This document shows, piece by piece, positions 1 through 9,306 of a stretch of DNA of 64,000 nt. The notes below the pieces were generated by a model. That model was not told the origin of the DNA. It ran no database searches and saw only the letters and a list, made by a program, of their open reading frames with translations. The stretch lies in the NCBI GenBank assembly GCA_021826225.1, contig JAKBAV010000003.1, positions 1,561 to 65,560 on the forward strand, in the 5' to 3' direction. Source of the stretch: Pseudomonadota bacterium. GTDB taxonomy: Bacteria > Pseudomonadota > Alphaproteobacteria > Acetobacterales > Acetobacteraceae. Every line of letters begins with the position of its first letter. Positions within the stretch are counted from its first letter, which is position 1. The position numbers and the translations under genes were made by a program.

Positions 1-115
1 CGGCAAGCTGATACCAGTAGAAAAACGGAAAGCCGAACAGCGCGGGCCCCATGCGGTTGAAGAACGGCACGGCCAGAGCCGCGACGAAGATGACCGCCAG
101 CAATATCCTGATCAT
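1..115 (-). CDS. DUF3311-like small membrane protein (5' part; runs off the window)
   Basis: Hand translation from ATG at 115 gives MIRILLAVIFVAALAVPFFNRMGPALFGFPFFYWYQLA. The P-x-x-N...P-x-L-x-G-x-P-F-F-Y-W-Y-Q pattern is typical of DUF3311, which usually precedes a sodium:solute symporter. Confidence 0.75.
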   Translation of the reverse strand, partial: MIRILLAVIFVAALAVPFFNRMGPALFGFPFFYWYQLA

Positions 116-169
116 TCTGCCCCCACCCGCTTTGCCGCTGAAATGCAGCAGGGCAGGGGGTTTGGCAAG

Positions 170-652
170 TTAAGGGGCGAGGCGCTTCTGATAGAACCGG
201 CTGGTTGCCAGAGTCAGCGGCTTCATATCGGCATACTGGCCGAAATAGCTGCGCGGATGGAAGCCGTATTCCTCGAAAAACCGCATCGATTCATCCTGGC
301 CGTGCCCTGTTTCCAGCAGCAGCCAGGTTTTACCGGCGGCGCGCGCCTCATCCTCCAGCCGCGCCATCACGGCTTGGCCCACGCCATGGCCGCGCTCCTC
401 CGGTATGGTGTACATGCGTTTCACCTCGGCAAATTCATCGAACAGGGCGATGCCGCCGCAGCCCACCGCGCGTGGCCCGCGTTTCGCCAGAAAGAATTTC
501 ACATCGGGCTGCAGCAGGCGCTCATAGGGCCAGCCATGCAGCTGCTCGGGCAGATAAAGCCCCGCGAGAAAGGCTTCCAGCTCCGTGATAAGTGCCCGCA
601 TCTCATAATTCGGGCCGCTCACCTGCTCAATATTCAGCTCCATATCGTACAT
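170..652 (-). CDS. GNAT family N-acetyltransferase
   Basis: AVGCGG...AEVKRMY...RGHGVG acetyl-CoA motif A, followed by LETG...FFE-x-YGF. The start may be 643. Confidence 0.9.
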   Translation of the reverse strand: MYDMELNIEQVSGPNYEMRALITELEAFLAGLYLPEQLHGWPYERLLQPDVKFFLAKRGPRAVGCGGIALFDEFAEVKRMYTIPEERGHGVGQAVMARLEDEARAAGKTWLLLETGHGQDESMRFFEEYGFHPRSYFGQYADMKPLTLATSRFYQKRLAP

Positions 653-1340
653 TCCATCTGATAAGCCTTAATTCTGCAACATCGGGTGGCCCCGCTGCAA
701 ACATATGTTGTGTCACACTGCCGTGAGGCAGGCATACCAGACTGGCGCATACGGTCCCAAACCCGTCATTTTCCGCCGCAGCGATGTTGATCTGCTCAGC
801 CCGCGCGCCGGAGCGATCGGCCAGCAACCCGCCCCATTGCGCGAATGGGGTCGCCTGAAAGCGCGGCAGATGCCTCGCGATGCGTGGATTGGCCAGATCA
901 TCCGGCTCCCCCGCCGCGACCATGTGCACGCCGCGCGCCAGGGGCAGCACCTCCGGTCGCCCGGTCCCGAGACCGCGAATGAACCAGGCGCCGCCTGCAT
1001 CGGCGAGCACGAGGTTGAATGCCCGGAACGCCCCGCTATCCAGCGCGGCAATGGCGGCGGCGGCGGCGGCGGCGCTGGCATGGGCCAGGGCGCGCAGCGG
1101 CAGCCGCCCCCGGCTTTCCTTGCCGGGCGCCGGGCCCAGCGTGCCTTCCCGGTTCAGCACGGCGGCCATCACGCCATGGCGGTTCAGCGCCAGCCAGGTT
1201 CCGCCGCCCAGCGTATCGCGCCCGCCGCAAATGCCCGGCCAGTATTCCGCGGGCGGTTCCCAGGCGCGGCTTGCCATCTCATCGCGGTTAGCGGCGGCAT
1301 ATACGCCCTCGGCATGCACCCCGATGATGATCGAGCACAT
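627..1340 (-). CDS. NRDE/TANGO2 family protein
   Basis: N-terminal MC, AANRDE motif, GGRD-x-x-GGGTWL and SRG-x-L. Its start overlaps the stop of the upstream NUDIX gene. Confidence 0.9.
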   Translation of the reverse strand: MCSIIIGVHAEGVYAAANRDEMASRAWEPPAEYWPGICGGRDTLGGGTWLALNRHGVMAAVLNREGTLGPAPGKESRGRLPLRALAHASAAAAAAAIAALDSGAFRAFNLVLADAGGAWFIRGLGTGRPEVLPLARGVHMVAAGEPDDLANPRIARHLPRFQATPFAQWGGLLADRSGARAEQINIAAAENDGFGTVCASLVCLPHGSVTQHMFAAGPPDVAELRLIRWNVRYGAEY

Positions 1341-1975
1341 CAGCCGGCCGCCGCGTGGATCATCGGCAAATGGTCGGGCACGGCGAATTGTTCCGCGGTG
1401 AGGCCGGCAATCCGCATGACATTCACGGCCGTCGCGTCATCGCCCGCCAGCAGCGCCACGTCGCGCAGGTCGCCGGCGATTTTAATACGAAAGCCGAGGG
1501 TGGAGACGGTGAACAGATCATCCTTGGCAATCGGCGTGCCCGGCAGGTTATTCCAGGCACGGCGCACATCGAACGGACGCGCGAAACGCCGGTGGCCGAG
1601 CTGCCGGATATCTGCGCGGGCCAGCACCTCGGCGCCGATCCCGGTCTCCTCCATGGCTTCGCGCAATGCCGCGGCCAGCGAGGTTTCGGCCACGCCGTTC
1701 ACCTCATCCAGCAACCCGCCCGGCAATGCCTGCTTGCCGCGCCCGGGATTATGCAGCCGGGTGATCAGCACCGTCTGGCCGCAATCATCGAGCAGCACGG
1801 AATCCGCGGCATGGCAAACCCATACCGGCTTCTCGCCGCCCTCGGGCAGGTTCACCCGCCCCAGCCCATGCACGGCGCGGCCCGGTTCATCGCCAAAATT
1901 CCCCGCCACGCAACGCGCCGCGATCTCCGTCTGCAGTGCCGGATCGACCAGCATGCCTTCGAAAAATATGTCCAT
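1340..1975 (-). CDS. NUDIX hydrolase
   Basis: Nudix box ALPGG...ETSLAAALREAMEETGI, plus AGDDA and DH motifs. ATG at 1975, or TTG at 1981. Confidence 0.85.
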   Translation of the reverse strand: MDIFFEGMLVDPALQTEIAARCVAGNFGDEPGRAVHGLGRVNLPEGGEKPVWVCHAADSVLLDDCGQTVLITRLHNPGRGKQALPGGLLDEVNGVAETSLAAALREAMEETGIGAEVLARADIRQLGHRRFARPFDVRRAWNNLPGTPIAKDDLFTVSTLGFRIKIAGDLRDVALLAGDDATAVNVMRIAGLTAEQFAVPDHLPMIHAAAG

Positions 1976-2045
1976 GCGCAAAAGCTAGGGCATGATCCGG
2001 GCAAATGAAACATCGACCCGGCTCAATAACGTCAGGGGCGGGATA

Positions 2046-3377
2046 TCAGCCGAACACGCGCTTGAATATGGTGTCCACATGCGCGTGGTGCATCTCGGCG
2101 CTCATCGCGGCATCGATCGCGGTCTCGCTCACCCGGCCGGCGACCTCGGCATCCGCCAGCAGGTTTTCCCGGAATGTTCTTGCCTCGGGCTGGCCGAGTC
2201 TGGTCCATGTCGTCATGGCATTGCGCTGCACGATGCTGTACGCATCCTCGCGTGAAATTCCGGCTTTGGTGAGCGCCAGCAGCACCTCGCCCGAATGCAC
2301 CACCCCGCCCAGGCTCTCGACATTGGCCGCCATCTGCGCCGGATAGATGGTGAGCTTATCCATCATGCCGGCCAGGCGGACCAAAGCGAAATCCAACGTC
2401 ACCGTCGCATCCGGGCCGATGCCACGCTCGACCGATGAATGCGAGATATCGCGTTCATGCCACAGCGCCACATTCTCCATGGCCGGAATAACCGCGGCGC
2501 GCACCAGCCGCGCCAGGCCCGAAAGGTTCTCGCTCAGCACCGGGTTGCGCTTATGCGGCATGGCCGAGGAGCCCTTCTGGCCGGCATGGAAAAACTCCTC
2601 CGCCTCGCGCACCTCGCTGCGTTGCAGGTGCCGCACCTCGGTCGCCAGCCTTTCGATCCCGCAGGCGATCACGCCCAGTGTGGCAAAGAATGCCGCATGG
2701 CGGTCACGCGGGATCACCTGGGTTGAAACCGGCTCGGCGGCGAGGCCGAGCTTTTCCGCCACATATTCCTCCACACGCGGATCGACATGGGCGAACGTGC
2801 CCACCGCCCCGGAAATGGCGCAGGTCGCAATCTCCGCGCGCGCCGCCAGCAGCCGCGTGCGGTTACGGGCAAACTCGGCATAATGCCCGGCCAGTTTCAG
2901 CCCGAAGCTGGTCGGCTCGGCATGGATGCCATGGCTGCGCCCGATGGTCAGCGTATATTTGTGTTCCAGCGCGCGTTTCTTCAGCGCCGCCAGGAGCAGA
3001 TCAATATCCGCCAGCAGCAGATCCGCCGCCTGGGTCAGCTGCACCGCGAAGCATGTATCCAGCACGTCCGACGAGGTCAGCCCCTGATGCACGAACCGGC
3101 TCTCCGGGCCGACACGCTTGGCCAGCCAGGTGAGGAAGGCGATCACATCATGCCGCGTCTCGGCCTCGATAGCGTCGATCTCCGCCGTGTCGGCCTCGGT
3201 GAACACCGCCATGGCGGCATCGCCCTTGGCCCGGATCACCTGCGCCGCCTCGGCCGGAATGGCGCCGTACAGCGCCATCGCATCGCAGGCATGGGCCTCG
3301 ATGGCGAACCAGATGCGATACTTATTCTCCTGGTTCCAGATAGCGGCGGCCTGCGGGCGGGAATAGCGCGGGATCAT
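2046..3377 (-). CDS. purB: Adenylosuccinate lyase
   Basis: MIPRYSRP start with an AAGGAG RBS; TRHDVIAF, GRSHGIHAEP and signature GSSAMPHKRNP. Confidence 0.97.
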   Translation of the reverse strand: MIPRYSRPQAAAIWNQENKYRIWFAIEAHACDAMALYGAIPAEAAQVIRAKGDAAMAVFTEADTAEIDAIEAETRHDVIAFLTWLAKRVGPESRFVHQGLTSSDVLDTCFAVQLTQAADLLLADIDLLLAALKKRALEHKYTLTIGRSHGIHAEPTSFGLKLAGHYAEFARNRTRLLAARAEIATCAISGAVGTFAHVDPRVEEYVAEKLGLAAEPVSTQVIPRDRHAAFFATLGVIACGIERLATEVRHLQRSEVREAEEFFHAGQKGSSAMPHKRNPVLSENLSGLARLVRAAVIPAMENVALWHERDISHSSVERGIGPDATVTLDFALVRLAGMMDKLTIYPAQMAANVESLGGVVHSGEVLLALTKAGISREDAYSIVQRNAMTTWTRLGQPEARTFRENLLADAEVAGRVSETAIDAAMSAEMHHAHVDTIFKRVFG

Positions 3378-3459
3378 GGCGGTCTCCTTGAAGCTCGCGC
3401 TCCGCCTAGCCCCACGCCCGGCCATTGACAAGCAGGCATGGCGCGGGCCACCCAGGCTC

Positions 3460-4053
3460 ATGGATATCTTGCCCCAGTTGCTCATCCTGGCTCAGATATT
3501 GCTCATCGACCTGGTGCTGGCGGGGGACAATGCCATCATCATCGGCCTGGCCGTGGCGCGCCTGGCGCCGGCGCAGCGCCGCCATGCGGTCCTGGCCGGC
3601 ATTATCGGCGCCACGATCATCCGCATCGTCTTCGCCCTGGTGGCGGTGAAGATGCTCGCCATCATCGGCCTCACCCTGGCAGGCGGCATCCTGCTGCTCT
3701 GGGTGGTATGGAAAACCGCGCGCGAACTGCATGAGAGCGAGCGCCAGGCCGAGGCCGCGCCACCGCAAACCCTGCGCGGCGCGATCTGGCGCATCATCAT
3801 CGCCGATATCTCCATGAGCCTGGACAATGTCCTCGGCGTCGCCGGCGCGGCGCGCGGCCACCCCATGCTGCTGGCCGCCGGCCTGGTCATATCCATCGGG
3901 CTGATGGGCGCCGCCGCCAGCCTGGTCGCCCGCATCATGCTCCGCTTCCCCTGGCTCGCCTGGGCCGGCATCGCCATTGTCGCCTATGTCGCGCTGACCA
4001 TGATTTACGCGGGCTGGCACGAGGTGGCGGGCCACCTGCACGCCGTTTCATAG
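3460..4053 (+). CDS. TerC family (YjbE-like) metal-transport membrane protein
   Basis: IDLVLAGDNAIII and ADISMSLDNVLGVAGAA motifs; hydrophobic helices. Confidence 0.9.
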   Translation: MDILPQLLILAQILLIDLVLAGDNAIIIGLAVARLAPAQRRHAVLAGIIGATIIRIVFALVAVKMLAIIGLTLAGGILLLWVVWKTARELHESERQAEAAPPQTLRGAIWRIIIADISMSLDNVLGVAGAARGHPMLLAAGLVISIGLMGAAASLVARIMLRFPWLAWAGIAIVAYVALTMIYAGWHEVAGHLHAVS

Positions 4054-4058
4054 GCGGC

Positions 4059-5063
4059 TCACAGCCGCAGCAGCAACAGCCCGGCAAACACCAGATACAG
4101 CAGGCTCGACCATGTCAGCTGCTTGCCCGTCACCCGTCCGCCGCGGAACATCAGAAACAGCACGGCCACGGCAATCGCCGTAATGGCGCCGGCCAGAATC
4201 ACCGGCGGGGAAAACAGCCAGGGCGTGCCGAACAGCCCGCATGCCGTGGGCACCGTCGCCTGGATCATCATGGCGCCGCTGATATTGCACAAAGCCAGGC
4301 GCTCCTTGCCCTGGCGCACCCAGATGATCGCGTTCATCGTCTCCGGCATTTCCGTGGCGATCGGGCTGAACAGCAGCGCCACAAGCTGGGGCGACATGCC
4401 AAGCCAAGGCCCGATCGTGCTAAGCTGAGCCACGAATGTCCGCGAGGCCAGGAAAATCACACCCAGCGCCGCCAGTGTCTGCAATGCCGCCCAGGCGAGG
4501 GAGGGCCTGTCATCGCGCGGGCGCAGCTTGAGGCGCTCCAGATCATTGGCCTCATGCAGATCCCCGGCACGGCCCATCTCCTTCCAGATATAGACCCCGT
4601 AAGCCGCCAGAAACAAAAACCCGAACCAGTGCTTGCCGGGAAACGCGACCAGCCCCAGCCCCAGCTTGCACAGGAAGATGCTGAGGAACCAGCCCTGGTC
4701 GCGGCTCAGGCGCCGGCAATCCACCGCCAGGACCGCCTTGCGCCGCACCTTCAGATGCCGCGATCCCAGCAAGGTGAGCCCCACCACCGAATAGGCCAGC
4801 GTGCTCAGCGCCAGCGGCCCGCCCAGCGCCGAACCAATGCCGATATCCCGCTCCGCCGCCGTGGCGCCGAACGCCACCGCCACGAAGGTGACGACGCTCT
4901 CCGGCAAAGCCGTGCCGAAGGCGGCGAGGATCGTGCCCGTCGCGGTTTCGGCGATTTTCAGGTGATAGCCGACCCATTCCACGCCGTTGACGAAATATTC
5001 GCACGACAAATAGATCAGAACGGCGGAGCCAAGGAACAGAACGAGGGTGTCGATCATCAACAT
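4059..5063 (-). CDS. CaCA (sodium:calcium antiporter) family membrane protein
   Basis: Alpha-1 repeat GTILAAFGTALPE and alpha-2 repeat SPIATEMPE...NISG; about 10 hydrophobic segments. ATG at 5063 with AGGA upstream. The longer ORF to 5312 runs through the riboswitch. Confidence 0.88.
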   Translation of the reverse strand: MLMIDTLVLFLGSAVLIYLSCEYFVNGVEWVGYHLKIAETATGTILAAFGTALPESVVTFVAVAFGATAAERDIGIGSALGGPLALSTLAYSVVGLTLLGSRHLKVRRKAVLAVDCRRLSRDQGWFLSIFLCKLGLGLVAFPGKHWFGFLFLAAYGVYIWKEMGRAGDLHEANDLERLKLRPRDDRPSLAWAALQTLAALGVIFLASRTFVAQLSTIGPWLGMSPQLVALLFSPIATEMPETMNAIIWVRQGKERLALCNISGAMMIQATVPTACGLFGTPWLFSPPVILAGAITAIAVAVLFLMFRGGRVTGKQLTWSSLLYLVFAGLLLLRL

Positions 5064-5120
5064 GTCCTGGCCAGGTGACGCACTTCGACATCGCCCCTCG
5101 TCCCGGCCGGTCCGGGGGGT

Positions 5121-5240
5121 GATGCCAAAGGTCTTGCCAAACCTGAACGGACTACCAGCGCCATGGTCCGGCTTTACGCGCCGGAAACCAAGCATGTTGA
5201 CGATGGTCCCGCTGAAGCGGGCGGCTACTCCCCAATGACC
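5121..5240 (-). ncRNA. yybP-ykoY (Mn2+-sensing) riboswitch
   Basis: The minus strand reads GGGGAGUAG...CGUCAACAUGCUUGG...CCAUGGCG...GGCAAGACCUU, the conserved yybP-ykoY segments in order, directly upstream of a membrane transporter. Confidence 0.9.
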
Positions 5241-5245
5241 CGCGC

Positions 5246-5274
5246 AGTGTAGGGGCGCGCCGGCAAGAGGTAAA
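5246..5274 (-). promoter_or_regulatory. Putative sigma70 promoter of the yybP leader
   Basis: TTTACC-N17-TACACT ending about 6 nt before the riboswitch 5' end. Confidence 0.6.
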
Positions 5275-5938
5275 GCCCGCAAGGGGTTGGCCGCCTCACC
5301 ACAGGCCTGCATCGTATGACGCGGGACAACTCATCCCCCGTACGGTCTTGCCCGGCCCGGCAATGCTTGGGCAGTGCGGGGGCAGTGCGGGGCTTGGCCA
5401 GTTCGGACAAATCAGATGGCTCCGGAAGGCCGGATCGATGCCGCAAACCGGCATCACTGGTTTCGCGATAATTCTCAGCCTACTGATCAACCAGCCGAAA
5501 GCAACGCTGGCGTGACATAATCACGACGATGAGGCGTTAAGCTGAAAAACCGCTAAACGCCTCATCCTTGGTGGAAACTTTTGAGACAAGTACCGCAAAA
5601 TATCCGGCTTTATTCATTAAAAAATTACGAAACAATATTGAATAATTAAAAGTTATTTCCATCTTTTTTAGTAATCGTGCCGATATCGAGAGCAGCAGAA
5701 TATTATTGTTCAGGAATAAAGAGAACGTGGTCGTTTTCAGCCTCAACGATTCTTTATTTTTTGAACTTCCGGGATAAATACTCTATAACCGGAACCCGGC
5801 ATCGGCTCGGAAAAGCTTGGCTGACCATTTTGCGCCCCGCGAGATGACCAATGTCATCATAAAATACCCATGAAGCATCTGGAGGGGAGGGGAAGTGAAG
5901 AAGCAGGTTGTTCGTTTATTGATCGGAAATTTTAAGGC

Positions 5939-6376
5939 ATGACCACAGAGAATACCGAACGGCGCCACAAAGCCAGGAGAAGGGTTCTCCAGAAAGCCCA
6001 GATTTCATTTGGCTTTTCCGGCTCCACGATCGACTGCCTGATCGCCAACGAGTCGCAGTTCGGTCTGCTGGTTGAAACCGACGCGCCGGTAACGCTGCCG
6101 GATGATATCCTGATCAGGATCAATAACGGCGAAACCAAACCCGCCATCGTGCGCTGGATGCTCGGTACAAAAATAGGCATCGAGTTCAAACGCCGCAACG
6201 AAATCCCGGCGAAAGATACTCTCAGGCAGAAAGCGGTGAAGGATCTGGAATCCGTAAAAACCAGAATCAGCATGCTGAAGACTGAAACCTTCTGTCACGA
6301 TCGCGAGATCATGACCATGGTGCGGGATGTGGAAGATTCCTTCAACAAGCTTTGCAGAAAGCTCGCCGAACACTAA
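5939..6376 (+). CDS. PilZ domain protein with C-terminal helical extension
   Basis: ERRHKARRRV (RxxxR), then IDCLIANESQFG (degenerate D/NxSxxG), and VRW...IGIEF. Confidence 0.75.
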   Translation: MTTENTERRHKARRRVLQKAQISFGFSGSTIDCLIANESQFGLLVETDAPVTLPDDILIRINNGETKPAIVRWMLGTKIGIEFKRRNEIPAKDTLRQKAVKDLESVKTRISMLKTETFCHDREIMTMVRDVEDSFNKLCRKLAEH

Positions 6377-6377
6377 A

Positions 6378-6866
6378 TCAGCCAGCTTCATCCGGCCCCT
6401 CGGGGCATTCTTTCGCGTGGCGAAGCGCGGCGAGGTCACGCTCGATCCGGTGGACTTCCTCAAGCGTGATATCAGCCTGGGTTTCAAGCCGTACCACCTC
6501 CTCCTGCATGCCGAACATATGGCCGTGATGCGCCACGGTCAGTTCGGTCCGCGCCTGGATCTGGTGCAGGAGTTCGCAGGTTTCTTCCAGGAATGCAGCC
6601 AGTATGGCCTCCTGGATATCTTGCGGGTACCGGCGCCATCTTTTCAACATGGCGGCATGGGTTTCGTCCGCCAGCGCATAGGCCAGAGCGGGTTTGCCGG
6701 GCAGGCAAGTTTCCAGATCGCCGCGAAACCGCATGATGGCGGCCCCGGCCAGTTCCGCGACAGGCGGCCCCGGTTCCGCCATCATGGCCAGGCTCATAAC
6801 GCCTGCCGGCGCGGCGCGGGACGCGCCATTATCGGTTGCTCTCGTCATTTCATCTCGGCTCCGCAT
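6378..6866 (-). CDS. Hypothetical protein with predicted C-terminal coiled coil
   Basis: Plausible protein composition; convergent with and abutting the PilZ gene; no recognised motif. Start uncertain. Confidence 0.5.
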   Translation of the reverse strand: MRSRDEMTRATDNGASRAAPAGVMSLAMMAEPGPPVAELAGAAIMRFRGDLETCLPGKPALAYALADETHAAMLKRWRRYPQDIQEAILAAFLEETCELLHQIQARTELTVAHHGHMFGMQEEVVRLETQADITLEEVHRIERDLAALRHAKECPEGPDEAG

Positions 6867-7007
6867 GTCGGCTCGGTCTGGCTTGGGCGGTAGGCTGCTT
6901 GAGACGCGATTATGGGATGATGCGCGACGGCATGCTTGTTGCGGCGTAAACTAACATTGTTTTCGCCGCAGGGGAACCAATAATCCAAAAACACCGCCCA
7001 GGTTCAA

Positions 7008-8396
7008 TCATCCCCCGCGCGGCAACTGCACCCGCACCATGAACCCGCCGCCATGCTCCGCGAATGTGACATCAGCACCGTGCATGAGCGCAACCGCCGC
7101 GACCAGGCTCAATCCCAGCCCGGTACCCGGCGTCGTGCGGCTCTGCTCCAGCCGGTAAAAGCGCTGAAACACCTTGTCGCGGAATGCCTCCGGTATGCCC
7201 GGCCCGGGATCGGCGATTTCGACGCATATGGCATCGCCCCGGCGGCGGGCGCTCATCGTCACCGCGCCCGGGCGGCCATGGCGAATGGCATTCTCGATCA
7301 AGTTGGAGAAAGCCTGTGTCAGCAATTCGGCATCTCCGCCGGCAAACAGGCCGGGCTCTATCGCCCCCGCCAGGGAATGCCCGTATTCCTCGGCGAGCGG
7401 CGTGTAGAATTCGACCAGATCCTCAAGCAGGGCGCTGACATCCAGCCGGGTGAACGCGATCCCCGGTGACTGCGATTCGATCTGCGCGATACGCAGCAAG
7501 GCGGCGAATGTCTCCAGTATGGCGTCCACATTGCCGATCGCCTGTTCCAGCGCCTGGCGCAGCGCGGCCGGATCGCCCTCATGCCTGTGCGCCAGTTCCA
7601 GCCGCTGGCGCAGGCGCGTCAACGGCGTGCGCAGGTCGTGGGCGATGTCGCTGGAAACCTGGTTCAGCCCTTCCATCAAGGCCTGAATACGGTCGAGCAT
7701 GGCGTTGAGGCTCAGGGCCAGCCGGTCGAATTCATCGCCCGTGCCGCGCACCGCGACGCGCCGGCTCAGATCGGTGGCGACAATTTCCTGGCCGGTACGG
7801 CCGATCTCCTCCACCCGGCGCAGCGAGCCCACGGTCATCACCAGCCCGCCAGTCACCGCCAGCAGCAGGCTCGCGCCGATAACCGAGAGAAAGGCCCGCG
7901 CCACGGTCGCCCGCATCTCGTTGAGCGCCAGCGTGCTGCGTCCGACAAACAGGAAATCCCCGCCGGCGGTACGGATGCCAGCACCGCGCACGCCGCTGGC
8001 CAGCGGCCAGAAGTTGAAGATGCTGCTGGTCGGGTACCAGGTCATCGTGCCGGTAACCGGCGGGATATGCGGCATGTTGCCCGCCAGCACCTGGCCGGAT
8101 GGGCCCTCCAGCAGATAACGGTCCCGCACGCTGGCCTGCCGCGCGAAGTCCTGGATAACGCCGCGCAGCCCGCCCGCGCCCGGCTTGGCCGCGGCGGCCT
8201 GCACATCACCCAGCTCATCGCTCACCATCTCGTCAGTCTGCTGGATGACATAGGCGCTGCCCCACCACAGCATCATCACCATCAGCACGAGCACCGAAAC
8301 GGTGAACAGCCCGGAATAGAGCAGCACCAGCCGGAAATTGGAGGTCCGCGCGAGGCGCGGCAGCCAGTGCCGCCATGGCATGCCTTGCTCGGCCAT
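7008..8396 (-). CDS. HAMP-domain sensor histidine kinase
   Basis: Two TM helices, HAMP (GDEFDRLA), H-box IAHDLRTPL, N-box NLIENAIRH, G boxes DPGPGI and GTGLGL. Confidence 0.95.
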   Translation of the reverse strand: MAEQGMPWRHWLPRLARTSNFRLVLLYSGLFTVSVLVLMVMMLWWGSAYVIQQTDEMVSDELGDVQAAAAKPGAGGLRGVIQDFARQASVRDRYLLEGPSGQVLAGNMPHIPPVTGTMTWYPTSSIFNFWPLASGVRGAGIRTAGGDFLFVGRSTLALNEMRATVARAFLSVIGASLLLAVTGGLVMTVGSLRRVEEIGRTGQEIVATDLSRRVAVRGTGDEFDRLALSLNAMLDRIQALMEGLNQVSSDIAHDLRTPLTRLRQRLELAHRHEGDPAALRQALEQAIGNVDAILETFAALLRIAQIESQSPGIAFTRLDVSALLEDLVEFYTPLAEEYGHSLAGAIEPGLFAGGDAELLTQAFSNLIENAIRHGRPGAVTMSARRRGDAICVEIADPGPGIPEAFRDKVFQRFYRLEQSRTTPGTGLGLSLVAAVALMHGADVTFAEHGGGFMVRVQLPRGG

Positions 8397-9077
8397 CTAT
8401 GCCCCGAACGCCGTATCCGACGCGCGCACGCAATAGCCGGCGCCCCGCACCGTATGCACGAGGTCGCCGCCGATTTTCTCCCGCAGCCGGCTGATATGGC
8501 TTTCCACGACATTGGTGCGCGGATCGAAATGGTAGCCCCATACATTTTCCAGCAGCATGGTGCGGGTAACCACCTGGCCGGTATTGCGCAGCAAATATTC
8601 GAGCAGCCTGAACTCCTGGCGCTGCAATTCAAGCACCCGGCCGCCACGGCTCACGCTGCGGGCGAGCAGGTCCATTTCAAGGTCGCCGGCGCGCAGTACG
8701 GTATCCGTGGTCAGGGTACTGGAGCGGCGGCCGAGTGCCTCCACCCGCGCCTCAAGCTCGCTGAAGGCAAAGGGTTTCACCAGGTAATCATCGCCCCCCG
8801 CGCGCAACCCGCTCACGCGGTCGCCGACCCCGCCCATGGTGGTGAGAAACAGCACCGGAATGGCAATGCCGCAGCCGCGCAGCACGCGCACCAGGCCAAG
8901 CCCGTCCAGCCCGGGCAGCATGCGGTCGACGATCAGCAGGTCCCAGCTCTCGCTGGAGGCTTGCAGCAGCCCGCCCCGCCCATCCGCCGCGTGCACCACC
9001 TCATGGCCCGCCTCCTGCAGGCCGGCGGCGATATAGGCCGCGGTCTCCGGCTCGTCCTCGATCAATAGAATACGCAT
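8397..9077 (-). CDS. OmpR-family response regulator (CusR/CopR-like)
   Basis: MRILLIEDE, VDRMLPGLDG, GGDDYLVKPF, and winged helix TNVVESHISRLR...TVRGAGY. Confidence 0.95.
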   Translation of the reverse strand: MRILLIEDEPETAAYIAAGLQEAGHEVVHAADGRGGLLQASSESWDLLIVDRMLPGLDGLGLVRVLRGCGIAIPVLFLTTMGGVGDRVSGLRAGGDDYLVKPFAFSELEARVEALGRRSSTLTTDTVLRAGDLEMDLLARSVSRGGRVLELQRQEFRLLEYLLRNTGQVVTRTMLLENVWGYHFDPRTNVVESHISRLREKIGGDLVHTVRGAGYCVRASDTAFGA

Positions 9078-9306
9078 CCCGCCCCCCGGATAATTCACCG
9101 CCCGGATCCGCCGGCCGTCAAGTTACCAATAGCGAATATCCACCTAACGCCTTTGCAATACCGGCAGGTGTAGGGCCCGGCGCATGGCGGATCGAGGTGA
9201 GCGGTGAAACCGGAACGAAAGACGAAACAGGCAATGGCGCGCATTCCGGACGGAAAACCCAGCATTTTCCGACGGATGGGGCTACTCCGCCCCGCCGATA
9301 CCCGAT

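Noticed and set aside
1053-1073. (GGC)7 microsatellite
   Set aside because: In-frame poly-Ala tract in the NRDE gene; slippage would not shift the frame.
5537-5968. Small ORFs in the AT-rich block, a c-di-GMP riboswitch, or CtrA boxes upstream of the PilZ gene
   Set aside because: The ORFs lack an RBS and host-like codon use. I found neither the GEMM motif nor TTAA-N7-TTAA.
6927-6970. Sigma54-like GG-N10-GC motif (CGGCATGCTTGTTGC) and adjacent hairpin
   Set aside because: It points at the 3' end of a minus-strand gene with no + strand gene downstream. The hairpin is more simply a terminator of the kinase gene.
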